Part shown: piece by piece, positions 1-9,626 of the stretch
Layout: every line of letters begins with the position of its first letter
How positions within the stretch are numbered: position 1 is the first letter of the stretch
Assembly (NCBI GenBank): GCA_035700105.1
Contig: DASSOZ010000040.1
Span: 3,957 to 67,956 of the forward strand
DNA length: 64,000 bases
Direction of reading: 5' to 3'
Source: Acidimicrobiales bacterium
GTDB taxonomy: Bacteria; Actinomycetota; Acidimicrobiia; Acidimicrobiales; DASSOZ01
The notes under the pieces: generated by a model
Seen by the model: only the letters and a program-made list of their open reading frames with translations
What the model was told of the DNA's origin: nothing
The model's database searches: none
Position numbers and translations under genes: made by a program

Positions 1-1058
1 AGGTAGCTCGCCGCCGCGCTGCGACCGCCGGCATCGTCGAGGCGGACGACGTCGCCGTCGACGAGCGTGCGGCGAGCGAGGTCGGCGTCGAACGCGGCGA
101 CGAACGGCGCGGCGTCGCCCGCGCTCGCCAGCACGACGGGCTCGACGACGGCGTCGTCCGGCGGGGCGAGGTAGATGCCGGCGTCGGCGTCGGTGACCAT
201 CGTCGCGGCGTGCGCGACGACGTCGATGACCCGGGTCGGGTCGAGCTCGCCGGCAAGTTGGCGGGCGACGAAGTACAGCGTCTCGACGATCTGGCTCTCC
301 TCGCGGAGGCGCGTCTCGGCGTCGTCGTGACCCGCCGCGTGGGTCGCGGCGACGGCGACGCGACGCGCACCGCCGGGCGACGTCACGGGGTACGCGCTGA
401 CCACGACCGTCGTGTCGGCTGCCCCGACCTCACGCAGCTGGGTGCCGACGACGGGAGCGTCGCCGTCGAGCACCGACCGGACGATCTGAACGAGCTCGCT
501 CTCGGCTTCGCGCACGAGCCGGTCGAAGTGGCGGTTCGACGCCGCGAGGCGGACCTGCGCGTCGAACACGCCGAGCGCAACGGGCGCGCAGTCGACGGCG
601 GCCTCGAGGACGTGCAGCCGCTCGCGGAGCTGCGCCCGCTCGAGCGCGTGCGCTGCCGCGTCGGCGAGGGCGACGAGCCGGGCGCGGTCGTCCCGGCTGA
701 ACGTCCGCGTGGCGTCGTACCGGACGGCGAGGGCGCCGTGCGCGCCCAGCGGCAGCGCGGCGACGGCACCGCCGCGGTCGTCCTCTTCGAGGAGCACGGG
801 CTGGCCCGTGCGCACCGCGGTCGCGAGCGGCACCGCGAGTTCGTCGACCGGTGCCGAGACGAGCACCGCGAGCGCCGCGGCCGGGTAGCCCTTCGACGCC
901 GCCACCTCGAGCCGGCCGTCCGCGCCGATGCGGCACACGACGGCGGCGTCACCCCCGACCGCGGCCGCCCCTTCGAGCACGAGCGCCTCGGCGACGTCCT
1001 CGGGCGTGGCGGCGGCGTCGAGGGCGGCCACCAACGCCTCGAGACCGCCCGCTCGCAC
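1..1058 (-). CDS. GAF/PAS/GAF-type multidomain sensor protein, N-terminal part only (gene runs off the window start)
   Basis: Not in the ORF track because no stop lies inside the window. Manual minus-strand translation from GTG 1058 gives VRAGGLEALVAALDAAATPEDVAEALVLEGAAAVGGDAAVVCRIGADGRLEVAASKGY..., with G/C at nearly every third position. The listed 210..1400(+) ORF is its antisense shadow. The domain call is by eye, and the output domain lies outside the window. Confidence 0.6.
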   Translation of the reverse strand, partial: MRAGGLEALVAALDAAATPEDVAEALVLEGAAAVGGDAAVVCRIGADGRLEVAASKGYPAAALAVLVSAPVDELAVPLATAVRTGQPVLLEEDDRGGAVAALPLGAHGALAVRYDATRTFSRDDRARLVALADAAAHALERAQLRERLHVLEAAVDCAPVALGVFDAQVRLAASNRHFDRLVREAESELVQIVRSVLDGDAPVVGTQLREVGAADTTVVVSAYPVTSPGGARRVAVAATHAAGHDDAETRLREESQIVETLYFVARQLAGELDPTRVIDVVAHAATMVTDADAGIYLAPPDDAVVEPVVLASAGDAAPFVAAFDADLARRTLVDGDVVRLDDAGGRSAAASY

Positions 1059-1067
1059 ACGGCGACG

Positions 1068-1346
1068 CTAGCCGGGTCGCGGTCGGGCGATTCGGCCGTC
1101 GACCACGCGCACGCCCTCGGCGGCCAGCAACTCGGCCTGGCGGTGCACCTTGTGCGTGGCGAGGCGGCCGCCCGCAGCGACGACGCGCCACCACGGCAGG
1201 TCGCCCCCGTCGCGGGCGAGCACGTTGCCCACCGCCCGCGCCGCACCCGGGTACCCGGCCTCCTCCGCGACCTCGCCGTAGCTCACGACGTCGCCCGGCC
1301 GCAACGCGGCGACGACCTTGCGGACGGCGTCCTCGAACGGCGTCAC
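1068..1346 (-). CDS. alkyltransferase-like (ATL) / MGMT-family DNA-binding protein, 92 aa
   Basis: ORF track 1068..1346(-), GTG start. It resembles the C-terminal DNA-binding domain of O6-alkylguanine-DNA alkyltransferase (VVSYGEVA...AARAVGNVL). The catalytic PCHRV motif is PWWRVV here (Cys replaced by Trp), as in ATL proteins such as E. coli YbaZ. Confidence 0.8.
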   Translation of the reverse strand: MTPFEDAVRKVVAALRPGDVVSYGEVAEEAGYPGAARAVGNVLARDGGDLPWWRVVAAGGRLATHKVHRQAELLAAEGVRVVDGRIARPRPG

Positions 1347-1364
1347 CCGCCGCCGCCCGCTTCT

Positions 1365-1405
1365 GGTACCGGCAGCGGGGCCGAACCGGCCCCGCTGTAG
1401 GTACC
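1365..1405 (-). terminator. GC-rich hairpin between ettA stop and ATL start
   Basis: GGTACC-GG-CAGCGGGGCCG-AAC-CGGCCCCGCTG-TA-GGTACC. An 11-bp inner stem and a 6-bp outer stem are separated by a 2x2 internal loop. There is no trailing U-tract on the minus strand. Confidence 0.4.
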
Positions 1406-1422
1406 AAAACGGTGGTGGCGGC

Positions 1423-3102
1423 TCATCCCCGGACGAGCGGCTTGTACCTGATGCGGTGCGGCTGGTCGGCGTCGGCGCCCAGGCGCTTGTGGCGGTCGGC
1501 CTCGTAGTCGGAGAAGTTGCCCTCGAACCACCGCACCGACGAATCGCCCTCGAACGCGAGCACGTGGGTCGAGATGCGGTCGAGGAACCATCGGTCGTGC
1601 GACACGACGAGGACGCAGCCGGCGAAGTCGAGGAGCGCGTCCTCGAGGGCGCGCAGCGTGTCGACGTCGAGGTCGTTGGTGGGCTCGTCGAGGAGCAGGA
1701 CGTTGCCGCCGCTCAGTAGCACCTTCGCCAGCTGCAGGCGGTTGCGCTCGCCGCCCGAGAGCACACCGACCTTCTTCTGCTGGTCGGTGCCCTTGAACCC
1801 GAAGCCGGCGACGTAGGCCCGGCCGTGCATCTCGCGCCCACCGACGACGAGGTGGTCGACGCCGCCGGTGATCTCCTCGTACACGGTCTTCTCCGGGTCG
1901 AGCGCGTCACGCGACTGGTCGACGTACGCCAGCTGGACGGTCGACCCGACGCGGAGCGCGCCGTCGTCGGGCTTCTCGTCGCCGACGATCATGCGGAACA
2001 GCGTCGTCTTGCCGGCGCCGTTGGGTCCGATGATGCCGACGATCCCCGCCGGCGGCACGGAGAACGTGAGGTCGTCGATCAGCAGCGCGTCGCCGAATCC
2101 CTTCACGAGCCCGTCCGCCTCGATGACGACGTCGCCGAGGCGCGGGCCCGGCGGGATCGAGATCTCCCGCCGCTCGACGCGCTCGGGTCCGGACGCCGCC
2201 TCGGCCAGCAGCTCCTCGTAGCTGTTGAGGCGGGCCTTGCCCTTCGCCTGACGCGCCCGCGGCGACATGCGGATCCACTCGAGCTCGTGCTCGAGCGTCC
2301 GCTGCCGGCGCTCGTCGGCCTTCTCCTCCTGCGCGAGCCGGTTCTGCTTCTGCTCGAGCCAGGACGTGTAGTTGCCCTCCCACGGGATGCCCCTGCCGCG
2401 GTCGAGCTCGAGGATCCAGCCGGCGACGTTGTCGAGGAAGTACCGGTCGTGGGTGACGGCGACGACCGTCCCCGGGTACTCCTGCAGCGTCCGCTCGAGC
2501 CACGCGACCGACTCGGCGTCGAGGTGGTTCGTCGGCTCGTCGAGCAGCAACAGGTCCGGCTTCTGGAGCAGCAGCCGGCAGAGTGCGACGCGGCGCCGCT
2601 CGCCGCCGCTCAGCGTGTCGACCTTCGCGTCGCCGGGCGGCAGCCGCAGCGCGTCCATGGCGATCTCGAGCGTGCGGTCGAGGTCCCAGGCGCCGGCGGC
2701 GTCGATCTTGTCCTGGAGGTCCGCCTGCTCGGCGAGGAGCGCGTCGAAGTCGGCGTCGGGGTCGCCCATCGACTCGCACACCTGGTTGTAACGATCGACG
2801 AGCGCCTTCGTCTCGCCGACACCGTCCTCGACGTTGCCGAGCACGTCCTTGGTCGGGTCGAGCACGGGCTCCTGCGGCAGGTAGCCGACGGTGAAGCCCG
2901 GCGTGAGGCGCGCCTCGCCGGTGTAGCCGTCGTCCTCGCCCGCCATGATGCGCAGCAGGCTCGACTTGCCGCTGCCGTTGGCGCCGATCACCCCGATCTT
3001 GGCGCCGGGGTACATCGAGATGTTGATGCCCTTGAGGACCTCGCGATCGGGCGGGTGGAACCGCCGCAGGTCGCGCATGGTGAAGATGAACTGCGGAGCC
3101 AT
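1423..3102 (-). CDS. ettA: energy-dependent translational throttle protein EttA (ABC-F ATPase), 559 aa
   Basis: ORF 1423..4095(-) trimmed to the ATG at 3102 ([12 protein letters not shown]...). It is collinear with E. coli EttA as I remember it. It has two ABC cassettes: Walker A GANGSGKS and GPNGAGKT, and signatures LSGGERRRV and LSGGERNRL. The 331 codons upstream in the ORF are Arg/Ala-rich junk that overlaps the nitroreductase gene. Confidence 0.95.
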   Translation of the reverse strand: MAPQFIFTMRDLRRFHPPDREVLKGINISMYPGAKIGVIGANGSGKSSLLRIMAGEDDGYTGEARLTPGFTVGYLPQEPVLDPTKDVLGNVEDGVGETKALVDRYNQVCESMGDPDADFDALLAEQADLQDKIDAAGAWDLDRTLEIAMDALRLPPGDAKVDTLSGGERRRVALCRLLLQKPDLLLLDEPTNHLDAESVAWLERTLQEYPGTVVAVTHDRYFLDNVAGWILELDRGRGIPWEGNYTSWLEQKQNRLAQEEKADERRQRTLEHELEWIRMSPRARQAKGKARLNSYEELLAEAASGPERVERREISIPPGPRLGDVVIEADGLVKGFGDALLIDDLTFSVPPAGIVGIIGPNGAGKTTLFRMIVGDEKPDDGALRVGSTVQLAYVDQSRDALDPEKTVYEEITGGVDHLVVGGREMHGRAYVAGFGFKGTDQQKKVGVLSGGERNRLQLAKVLLSGGNVLLLDEPTNDLDVDTLRALEDALLDFAGCVLVVSHDRWFLDRISTHVLAFEGDSSVRWFEGNFSDYEADRHKRLGADADQPHRIRYKPLVRG

Positions 3103-3155
3103 GGAGCCGTCGAGGCTACTGCGCTGTCCGCTCTCCGCCGCCCGGGCGCCTCGCT

Positions 3156-3800
3156 CTACCAGCTGTTCCAGTGCAGCACCGATTCCAGCGGCTGGCGCGG
3201 CGCGGGTTTGAAGTCGGTGCCCAACGTGTAGGCGACGGGGATCAGCCCGCACTGCGTGACCCGCAGGTACGGGATGTCGAGCACCTCGGCGGCCTCCCGC
3301 TCGTACTGCAGGTGCAGCGTGGTGAGCGACGTCCCGAGGCCGCGGGCACGGGCCGCCAGCATGAACGACCACATCGCCGGGAAGACCGAGCCCCAGTAGC
3401 CGGCCTGGATGCCGACGTCGGCACCGGCGGGAAGGCGACCGAACGCGCACGGCACGACGAGGTACGGCACCTCGTGGAGGTGGTCGGCCAGGTACTGCGC
3501 GCTCGCCTTCACCGCGCCGAGACGCTCGACGCGCGTGTCGCCGGGCCGCGGCTCGGGCGCCGGCTGGTTCGAGTACACCGCCCAGTAGCGCCGGTACAGC
3601 GCCGCGAGCGCGTCCTTCTTGTCCTGCTCGTCGACGACGACCCAGTGCCAGTGCTGCATGTTGCTCCCGGTCGGCGCCTGCAGCGCGATGCCGATGCACT
3701 CCTCGATGAGCTCGCGCTCGACCGGCCGCTCCAGGTCCAGCCGCTTGCGCACCGACCGAGTCGTCGTGAGCAACTCGTCGGGCGTGAGGTCGAGGCGCAT
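3156..3800 (-). CDS. nitroreductase family protein, 214 aa
   Basis: ORF 3156..4040(-) trimmed to [21 protein letters not shown].... This is a typical nitroreductase N-terminus (TRRSVR-like) followed by ...[16 protein letters not shown].... Confidence 0.8.
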   Translation of the reverse strand: MRLDLTPDELLTTTRSVRKRLDLERPVERELIEECIGIALQAPTGSNMQHWHWVVVDEQDKKDALAALYRRYWAVYSNQPAPEPRPGDTRVERLGAVKASAQYLADHLHEVPYLVVPCAFGRLPAGADVGIQAGYWGSVFPAMWSFMLAARARGLGTSLTTLHLQYEREAAEVLDIPYLRVTQCGLIPVAYTLGTDFKPAPRQPLESVLHWNSW

Positions 3801-4599
3801 GGCGGTAGCTTGCCGCGCCGTGCTGGATGCGATCGAGGGGTGGCCGGTGGACCACGCCGCGGCCGCCGTCGTCGGTCGCGACGGCGTCGTCACCGTGCAC
3901 GGCGACACGACGCGGTCGTTCGCGTGGGCGTCGGTCACGAAGCTCGTGACCGCGCTGGCCACGCTCGTCGCCGTCGAGGAGGGAACCGTCCGGCTCGACG
4001 AGCACCTGCGCCGGCTGCTGTCCCACGCGACGCCGGTCACGAAGCGCCTCTACTCCAACGAGGGCTACGACGAGATCGCCGCGCTGGTGTCGCACGGCGC
4101 CGGCATGCCGTTCGCGGCGTACGCGCGTGAGGCCGTCGTCGACCCGCTCGGCATGACCGGCGCCGACGTCTCGGGGTCACCGGCCGCGGGCGCGACGGGG
4201 ACGATCGGCGACCTCGCCGCGCTGGCGGCCGAGCTGCTCGCGCCGACGCTCGTGTCGCCGGCGACGTTGCGGGATGCGACGACCGTGCAGTTCCCCGGCC
4301 TCGCCGGCGTGCTCCCCGGCTTCGGCCGTCAGGACCCGAACGACTGGGGCCTCGGCGTCGAGCTGCGCGACCACAAGTCGCCGCACTGGACGGGCACCCG
4401 CAACTCGCCGTCGACGTTCGGTCACTTCGGCCAGACCGGCACGTTCGTGTGGGTCGATCCCGAGGCGGGCGACGGCGGCCTCGCCCTCGCGGTCCTCACC
4501 GACCGGGACTTCGGCGACTGGGCGAAGACCGCCTGGCCCGCGCTCAGCGACGAGGTGCTGAGGCAGGCCGGTGCCACAGCGTCCAGCGACCGACGGTGA
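3799..4599 (+). CDS. serine hydrolase (beta-lactamase/transpeptidase-like fold), 266 aa
   Basis: ORF 3619..4599(+) trimmed to the ATG at 3799. A GTG at 3820 is an alternative start. It carries the SxxK motif (SVTK), YxN (YSN) and a KTG-like box (HFGQTG). Confidence 0.7.
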   Translation: MAVACRAVLDAIEGWPVDHAAAAVVGRDGVVTVHGDTTRSFAWASVTKLVTALATLVAVEEGTVRLDEHLRRLLSHATPVTKRLYSNEGYDEIAALVSHGAGMPFAAYAREAVVDPLGMTGADVSGSPAAGATGTIGDLAALAAELLAPTLVSPATLRDATTVQFPGLAGVLPGFGRQDPNDWGLGVELRDHKSPHWTGTRNSPSTFGHFGQTGTFVWVDPEAGDGGLALAVLTDRDFGDWAKTAWPALSDEVLRQAGATASSDRR

Positions 4600-5341
4600 C
4601 GTAGCCCATCCGCTCGTAGACGGGGCGGCCGAGGTCGCTGGCGATGAGCGCGGCCGGCAGCGACGGATCGACGCGCGTCGCCGCCCACGTGACGGCCTCG
4701 CCGTAGCCGCGCCCGCGGGCGTCGGGCATCGTCGACACGAACTCGACCCAGTTCAGCGCGTCGGTGACCTGCGTGGCAGCGGTGGCGACGGGGCGACCCG
4801 CGACCGTGCCGACGAAGAAGTGCGTGCCGCCGCCGAGGACCCGTCCGTCGTGGAGGATCCCGAACTCGTACGGCTCGAGGTTGGGTTCCGGATACGCCGT
4901 GACGAGCGTGCGCTCGAACACCTCGAGGCCGCTGTCGTCGCTCACCTCGGTGATCGTCAGCTCCGCCGGCGCCGGTGGACGCGGCGTCGACCCGTCGCCC
5001 GCGGGACGGACCATGAACGGCGGCTGCCCGACCTCGACCCATCCGCGCGGTCGCAGGTCGGGAACGGTCGTCGCGCTGAAGAGCGTGACCGGCAGGCCCG
5101 CGGGCACGACGTCGTCCACGCGCTGCAACACGCTCGGCCAGTCCGGCGACGGCGACAGGACGACCGCGGCGTTCGTGTAGAAGCCGCGCGGTCCCTGCCA
5201 GGTGATCACGAGGTCGTCGTCCGCGCGCCAGGCCTGGCCGCAGGTGCGGGCGGCGTGCAGCACACGACCTGCCGCGGCGGTGACGCCGTGGTCGAGGAGA
5301 TCGCTGCGGGTGCGGGCGTCGAGTGCGGTTGGCGTCGTCAT
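4544..5341 (-). CDS. GNAT family N-acetyltransferase, 265 aa
   Basis: ORF 4544..5371(-) trimmed to the ATG at 5341, which overlaps the upstream stop as ATGA. An acetyl-CoA-binding-like motif is present (ARGRGYGEAV). Confidence 0.7.
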   Translation of the reverse strand: MTTPTALDARTRSDLLDHGVTAAAGRVLHAARTCGQAWRADDDLVITWQGPRGFYTNAAVVLSPSPDWPSVLQRVDDVVPAGLPVTLFSATTVPDLRPRGWVEVGQPPFMVRPAGDGSTPRPPAPAELTITEVSDDSGLEVFERTLVTAYPEPNLEPYEFGILHDGRVLGGGTHFFVGTVAGRPVATAATQVTDALNWVEFVSTMPDARGRGYGEAVTWAATRVDPSLPAALIASDLGRPVYERMGYVTVGRWTLWHRPASAPRR

Positions 5342-8300
5342 GCCCGGCCGGCGCCAGACGACGGCTCGCATCGCCAGACGACCGGGTGCTCGGGGCGGTA
5401 CGAGCAGAAGATGCCGGTTTTGATCGAGACCCCGAGGTGGCGGCCCAGCGCCGGGTGCACCGCGTCGATGCGGCGGATGGCGTCACGGATCCGCGCCGCC
5501 ACGGCCTTGCGCGACCGCTCGACCGGATCGGGACCGGCGGCGCGCGCCCGGCCCCCGAGACCGAGGCCGGCGGCGAGCTGCTCGACGAGCGCGTCGTGCT
5601 CGACCCGGGCCCGCTCGGCACGCGCCACGTCGTGGGCGGCATCGGCGTCGTCGATCTCCTCGGCGAGCTCGGCCAGCCGGTCGCGGTACGCGGCGACCGC
5701 CCGCCGGTCGAGGGCGTCGCCGCCGCGACCGCCCGCGTGCAGTGCGGACGCGTCGACGCCGATCAGTTCGCTGACGTGCACCTCACGCCCGCCCGCGCGG
5801 AGGAGGACGGCGAGGTCGGCAACGCCCTTCGTGTGCTTCACGATCGTCGTCTCGCCGGCGAACGTCACGTGCCAGACGTCGCCGTCGCGTGCCAGCTCGC
5901 CGATCGCGCCGGTCGCGTTCGCCGTCCGCGCGACCGGCGCGCCGGACACCTCCGCCAGTGTCCGCTCCGCTTCGGCTGCGAGCCGGCCGCCGAAGCGGCG
6001 GTTCACGTCGAGCGCGACGCGCGCGTAGGCGACGGCGTCGTCGCGTCGGCCGAGCGCCACGCACGCCAGCGCAACGAACCGGGCGACGGACCCGTAGTGG
6101 CCGGCACCGATGCCCTCGAACGCGACGAGACCCGCGTACGGCTCGACGACGGCGAGCACGTCGGCGAGCGACGGATGGTCGAGCAGCACCGCGGTGTCGA
6201 GGAGCGTGACGATGTTCGGCAGCCACTCGGCGTCGCGCACCGTCGCGTCGAGCCCGATCGCCTGCGTCCGATCGACGAGCACCCTCGCGGCGTCCTCGTA
6301 CCCCGCGAGCGCGAGCGCGCGGGCGTTGGCGCCGACCGACGAGAGGAACACCGCGACCTCGGGGTAGTCCGTCGTCAACGCGCCCATGCGCTCGACTGCG
6401 CCCGCGTTGTCCCCGCGCGCCCACCGGATGATGAGATCGAGGACGACCGCCAGCATGGAGGCGTTGGCACTGCCCGTCGCCCGGCCGACTGCGGCCACAC
6501 GTGCGCCCAGCGTCTCCGCGGTGTCGTCGTCGCCGACCACGACCGCCATCGCGCCGCGCCACAGGTCGGCGTACCAGGTGTACAGCGGGTTGCCGATGGC
6601 ACGGGCGCGCCGCTCGAACGCGCCGGCGTCGTCGTTCGCGCCGGCGACGTCGCCGGACTCGAGCCGGGCGACGTAGCGCAGCCGCCGCCCGAGCAGTTCG
6701 AGCGGCCCGTCGCCCTCCTTCTCGGCGATGGCGATGATCTCCGACGCCTCCGCCTCGCGCCGTGCGACGTCGTCGGGGCCGGCGATCGCATCGCAGTGAG
6801 CGGCCAGCGCGCGTGCGAGCGCGAGACGGTCGCCCGACTCGCGCGCCAGCGCAACGGCGTCCTCGGCCAGCGTGAGCCGTCGCGCCGTCGGCGCCGCGAG
6901 CGACAGCGCGACCGACAGGCGGGCGGTCACGGTCGAGCGCAGCGCGATCGATGCGGGATCGTCGTCACCGGCAAGTGCGGCTGCGGCCTCCTCGAGCAGG
7001 TCGATCTGGCGCTGGTCGAACAGGCGCACCTCGAAGCCGGAGAGGTCGGCGCTGAACCCGAGCGCGGCGTCGACCAGCCAGCGCGTCTCGCCCGTGTCGC
7101 GCGCCAGCGACGCGACCTCGTCGAACGCGCGGCCGGCGCCGTCCGGGTCACCGTTGAGCACCCGCGCGCGGCCGAGGCCGAGCAGCGCCGGGACCCGCGC
7201 GCGCCCGCGTGACACGGCAAGGGCGTGCTCGAACTCGGCCGCGGCCTCCTCCCACGCCATCGCCGCCAGGGCGCGCTCACCGGCCCGCACGAACCAAGGC
7301 GCGGCGTCGCCGCCCGCGGCGAGCACGTGCCGCGCGACGACAGCCGGCTCGGCGCCGGCGTCACCGCCGAGGGCGTCGGCGGCACGCGCGTGCAGTGCGG
7401 CCAGCTCCGTCGACGCGATCGCGTCGAGCGCGGCGGTGCGGAACAGATCGTGGACGAAGCGCCACGCCCCCACTCCGGGAGCCCGCTCGACGATGCGCAG
7501 CGCGGCGGCGCGGTCGAGCGCACCATCGACGTTGCAGCCGTCGTCGGCGACGCGGCGAAGCACGTCGACCGTGAACGCGCCGCCGAGCACGGCGGCGGCC
7601 ACGACGACGCCGCGTTCGTCGTCGTCGAGCACGGCGAGACGACCACCGAGCAGATCGCGCGCGCCGACCGGCAGTGCGCCCCGCCGCAGCGCATCGGGAT
7701 CGGCGGCGACGAGCCGGCCGAGCTGCATCACGAGGAACGGGTTGCCGCCGGTCTGCTCGACGACCTCCGGCGCGAGCTCACCTGCTCGCGCCGGGCCGAG
7801 CGAGTCCGCGAGCACCGCGGCCACCTCGTCGGCATCGAGGCCGCGCAGCGCGAGCCGGTCGGCGGACGCGCCGAGCCGCCGAAGCGGGGCGTCGGCACCG
7901 ACGTCGGTGTCGCGGTACGTCCCGACGACGAGCGCACCGAACGCCGGCAGCCGGCCGGCGAGCGCACCGAGCAGCTGCACGGTCCCCTCGTCGGCCCAGT
8001 GCAGATCGTCGACGACGACCACGAGCGGCCGTTCCCGCGCGCTCTCCTCGACGGCATCGGCGACGGCGGCGTACGCCGATGCGCGCTGCGACGCGGCCGC
8101 GGCGCCGTCGTCGGGTGCGTTGGCGGCGAGTGCGTCGATCGCGGCGCGGCCCGGGCCGGCGAGCCCGGCGAGCACCGTCAGCCACGGGCCGTGCGCCACC
8201 GTCGCTCCGCCCGGCCAACACGCGGCCCAGCGCACGGTCGCGCCCGCGCGCCGGGCGCGGTCCGCCAGCGCCGACGCCGTCGTCGTCTTGCCGATACCCG

Positions 8301-8409
8301 CCTCACCGGTGAGCAGCACGAGCCCGCCCCGACCGTCGAGCGCGGCGCCGAGCGCCTCCGCCAGCGCCGCGAGCACCGGCCCGCGCGTTCGGTCGGCGAC
8401 CGCCCCCAC
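5338..8409 (-). CDS. large STAND-like P-loop NTPase with TPR-like repeats and a conserved C-terminal module, 1023 aa
   Basis: ORF 5338..8409(-). Walker A is GEAGIGKTT and Walker B is LVVVVDDLHWAD. A long Ala/Leu-rich helical repeat region follows. The C-terminal ~190 aa run WHVTFAGETTIVKHTKGVADLAVLL...RKAVAARIRDAIRRI...GIFCSYRPE. No LuxR-type HTH was recognised. Confidence 0.75.
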   Translation of the reverse strand: MGAVADRTRGPVLAALAEALGAALDGRGGLVLLTGEAGIGKTTTASALADRARRAGATVRWAACWPGGATVAHGPWLTVLAGLAGPGRAAIDALAANAPDDGAAAASQRASAYAAVADAVEESARERPLVVVVDDLHWADEGTVQLLGALAGRLPAFGALVVGTYRDTDVGADAPLRRLGASADRLALRGLDADEVAAVLADSLGPARAGELAPEVVEQTGGNPFLVMQLGRLVAADPDALRRGALPVGARDLLGGRLAVLDDDERGVVVAAAVLGGAFTVDVLRRVADDGCNVDGALDRAAALRIVERAPGVGAWRFVHDLFRTAALDAIASTELAALHARAADALGGDAGAEPAVVARHVLAAGGDAAPWFVRAGERALAAMAWEEAAAEFEHALAVSRGRARVPALLGLGRARVLNGDPDGAGRAFDEVASLARDTGETRWLVDAALGFSADLSGFEVRLFDQRQIDLLEEAAAALAGDDDPASIALRSTVTARLSVALSLAAPTARRLTLAEDAVALARESGDRLALARALAAHCDAIAGPDDVARREAEASEIIAIAEKEGDGPLELLGRRLRYVARLESGDVAGANDDAGAFERRARAIGNPLYTWYADLWRGAMAVVVGDDDTAETLGARVAAVGRATGSANASMLAVVLDLIIRWARGDNAGAVERMGALTTDYPEVAVFLSSVGANARALALAGYEDAARVLVDRTQAIGLDATVRDAEWLPNIVTLLDTAVLLDHPSLADVLAVVEPYAGLVAFEGIGAGHYGSVARFVALACVALGRRDDAVAYARVALDVNRRFGGRLAAEAERTLAEVSGAPVARTANATGAIGELARDGDVWHVTFAGETTIVKHTKGVADLAVLLRAGGREVHVSELIGVDASALHAGGRGGDALDRRAVAAYRDRLAELAEEIDDADAAHDVARAERARVEHDALVEQLAAGLGLGGRARAAGPDPVERSRKAVAARIRDAIRRIDAVHPALGRHLGVSIKTGIFCSYRPEHPVVWRCEPSSGAGRA

Positions 8410-8429
8410 GACATGTCAACGGTAGTCGT

Positions 8430-8448
8430 CGTCTGGCGACGCCAGACG
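8430..8448. promoter_or_regulatory. 19-bp perfect palindrome (candidate operator) in a divergent promoter region
   Basis: CGTCTGGCG-A-CGCCAGACG has 9-bp arms. A third half-site, GTCTGGCG, follows at 8451..8458. The palindrome lies between the ATPase start (8409) and the methyltransferase start (8469). Confidence 0.35.
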
Positions 8449-8468
8449 GTGTCTGGCGTCAGCAGGAC

Positions 8469-9602
8469 ATGACGACCACCATCGACACGACCGAACAGTC
8501 CGCCACCGCGGACGTCGACCTCGAGGCGGCGATCGGCGCGTTCGCCGAGCGGATGTTCCTCACGACCGTGGGCGCGTTCGAGCTCGCCGCCGTCGAGCTC
8601 GGCATGCGTCTCGGGCTCTACGCCGCGCTCGCCGAGTCGCCGAGCACGCCGCCGCAGCTCGCGACGGCGGCGGGCATCGACAGCCGGTACGCCCGCGAGT
8701 GGCTCGAGCAGCAGGCGACCGCGGGGTTCATCGCGGTGGACGCCGACCCGATCGACGGCGATCCCGACGGCCGCGTCTTCTCGCTGCCGGTGGCGCACCA
8801 GGCGTGCCTGCTCGACCCCGATTCGCTCGCGTGCGTGGCGCCGCTGGCGACGTTCGCCGTCGGCGCGCCGCTCGTCATCGACGAGCTCGTCGACGTCTAC
8901 CGGCGCGGGACGGGGATCTCGTTCGGCGGGTACGGCGAGATGATCCGGCGGGCGCAGTCGGCCGCGAACCGTCCGCAGTTCGTCAACCTCCTCGTCGGCG
9001 AGTGGCTGGCGGCGATGCCCGACGTCGTCGAGCGCCTGGCACGGCCCGACGGCGCGCGTGTCGCGGACATCGCGTGCGGGACCGGTTGGTCCTCCGTCGC
9101 GATCGCCCGTGGCTTCGACGGCGTCACCGTCGACGGGTTCGACAGCGACGCCGCGTCGATCGCCGATGCGACGGCCAATGCGGACGCCGCCGGCGTCGCC
9201 GACCGTGTGCGGTTCTCGACCGCCGACGCCGCCGCGCCGGGTTCCGGCGATGCCACCTACGACCTCGTGTGCTGCTTCGAGGCACTGCACGACATGGCGC
9301 ATCCCGTCGACGCGCTGCGGTCGATGCGGGCGCTCGCCGGCGACGACGGCACCGTCTTCGTCGTCGACGAGCGGTCGGCCGACGCGTTCACGCCGAACGA
9401 CCCGGACCCCATGCAGCGGCTGTTCTACGCGGCGAGCGTGCTCCACTGCCTCCCCGTCGGGCGCAGCGAGCCCGACTCGGCGGCGACGGGCACCGTCATG
9501 CGCACCGCCACGCTCGAGCGCTATGCCGCCGACGCCGGCTTCACGTCGGTCGAGGTGCTGCCGATCGAGCACGACATGTTCCGCTTCTACCGCCTGCACT
9601 AG
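8469..9602 (+). CDS. class I SAM-dependent methyltransferase, 377 aa
   Basis: ORF 8469..9602(+). Motif I is VADIACGTGWSS. The N-terminal winged-helix/dimerisation-like region is typical of this methyltransferase group. Confidence 0.75.
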   Translation: MTTTIDTTEQSATADVDLEAAIGAFAERMFLTTVGAFELAAVELGMRLGLYAALAESPSTPPQLATAAGIDSRYAREWLEQQATAGFIAVDADPIDGDPDGRVFSLPVAHQACLLDPDSLACVAPLATFAVGAPLVIDELVDVYRRGTGISFGGYGEMIRRAQSAANRPQFVNLLVGEWLAAMPDVVERLARPDGARVADIACGTGWSSVAIARGFDGVTVDGFDSDAASIADATANADAAGVADRVRFSTADAAAPGSGDATYDLVCCFEALHDMAHPVDALRSMRALAGDDGTVFVVDERSADAFTPNDPDPMQRLFYAASVLHCLPVGRSEPDSAATGTVMRTATLERYAADAGFTSVEVLPIEHDMFRFYRLH

Positions 9603-9626
9603 AGGCGGCAGCGATCACCCCGGTTG

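Noticed and set aside
3103-4095. N-terminal 331-codon extension of the EttA ORF. Similar long upstream extensions appear in the ORFs listed at 14700..16355, 21028..22998, 23898..26732, 33629..34873, 51777..53405, 53628..55331, 56009..58018, 58400..60112, 61022..63259 and 38816..42556.
   Set aside because: The extensions are Arg/Ala/Pro-rich and overlap other well-supported genes. They also precede internal start codons that match family N-termini, often with a Shine-Dalgarno or a 4-nt overlap with the upstream stop. Stop codons are simply rare in out-of-frame GC-rich DNA.
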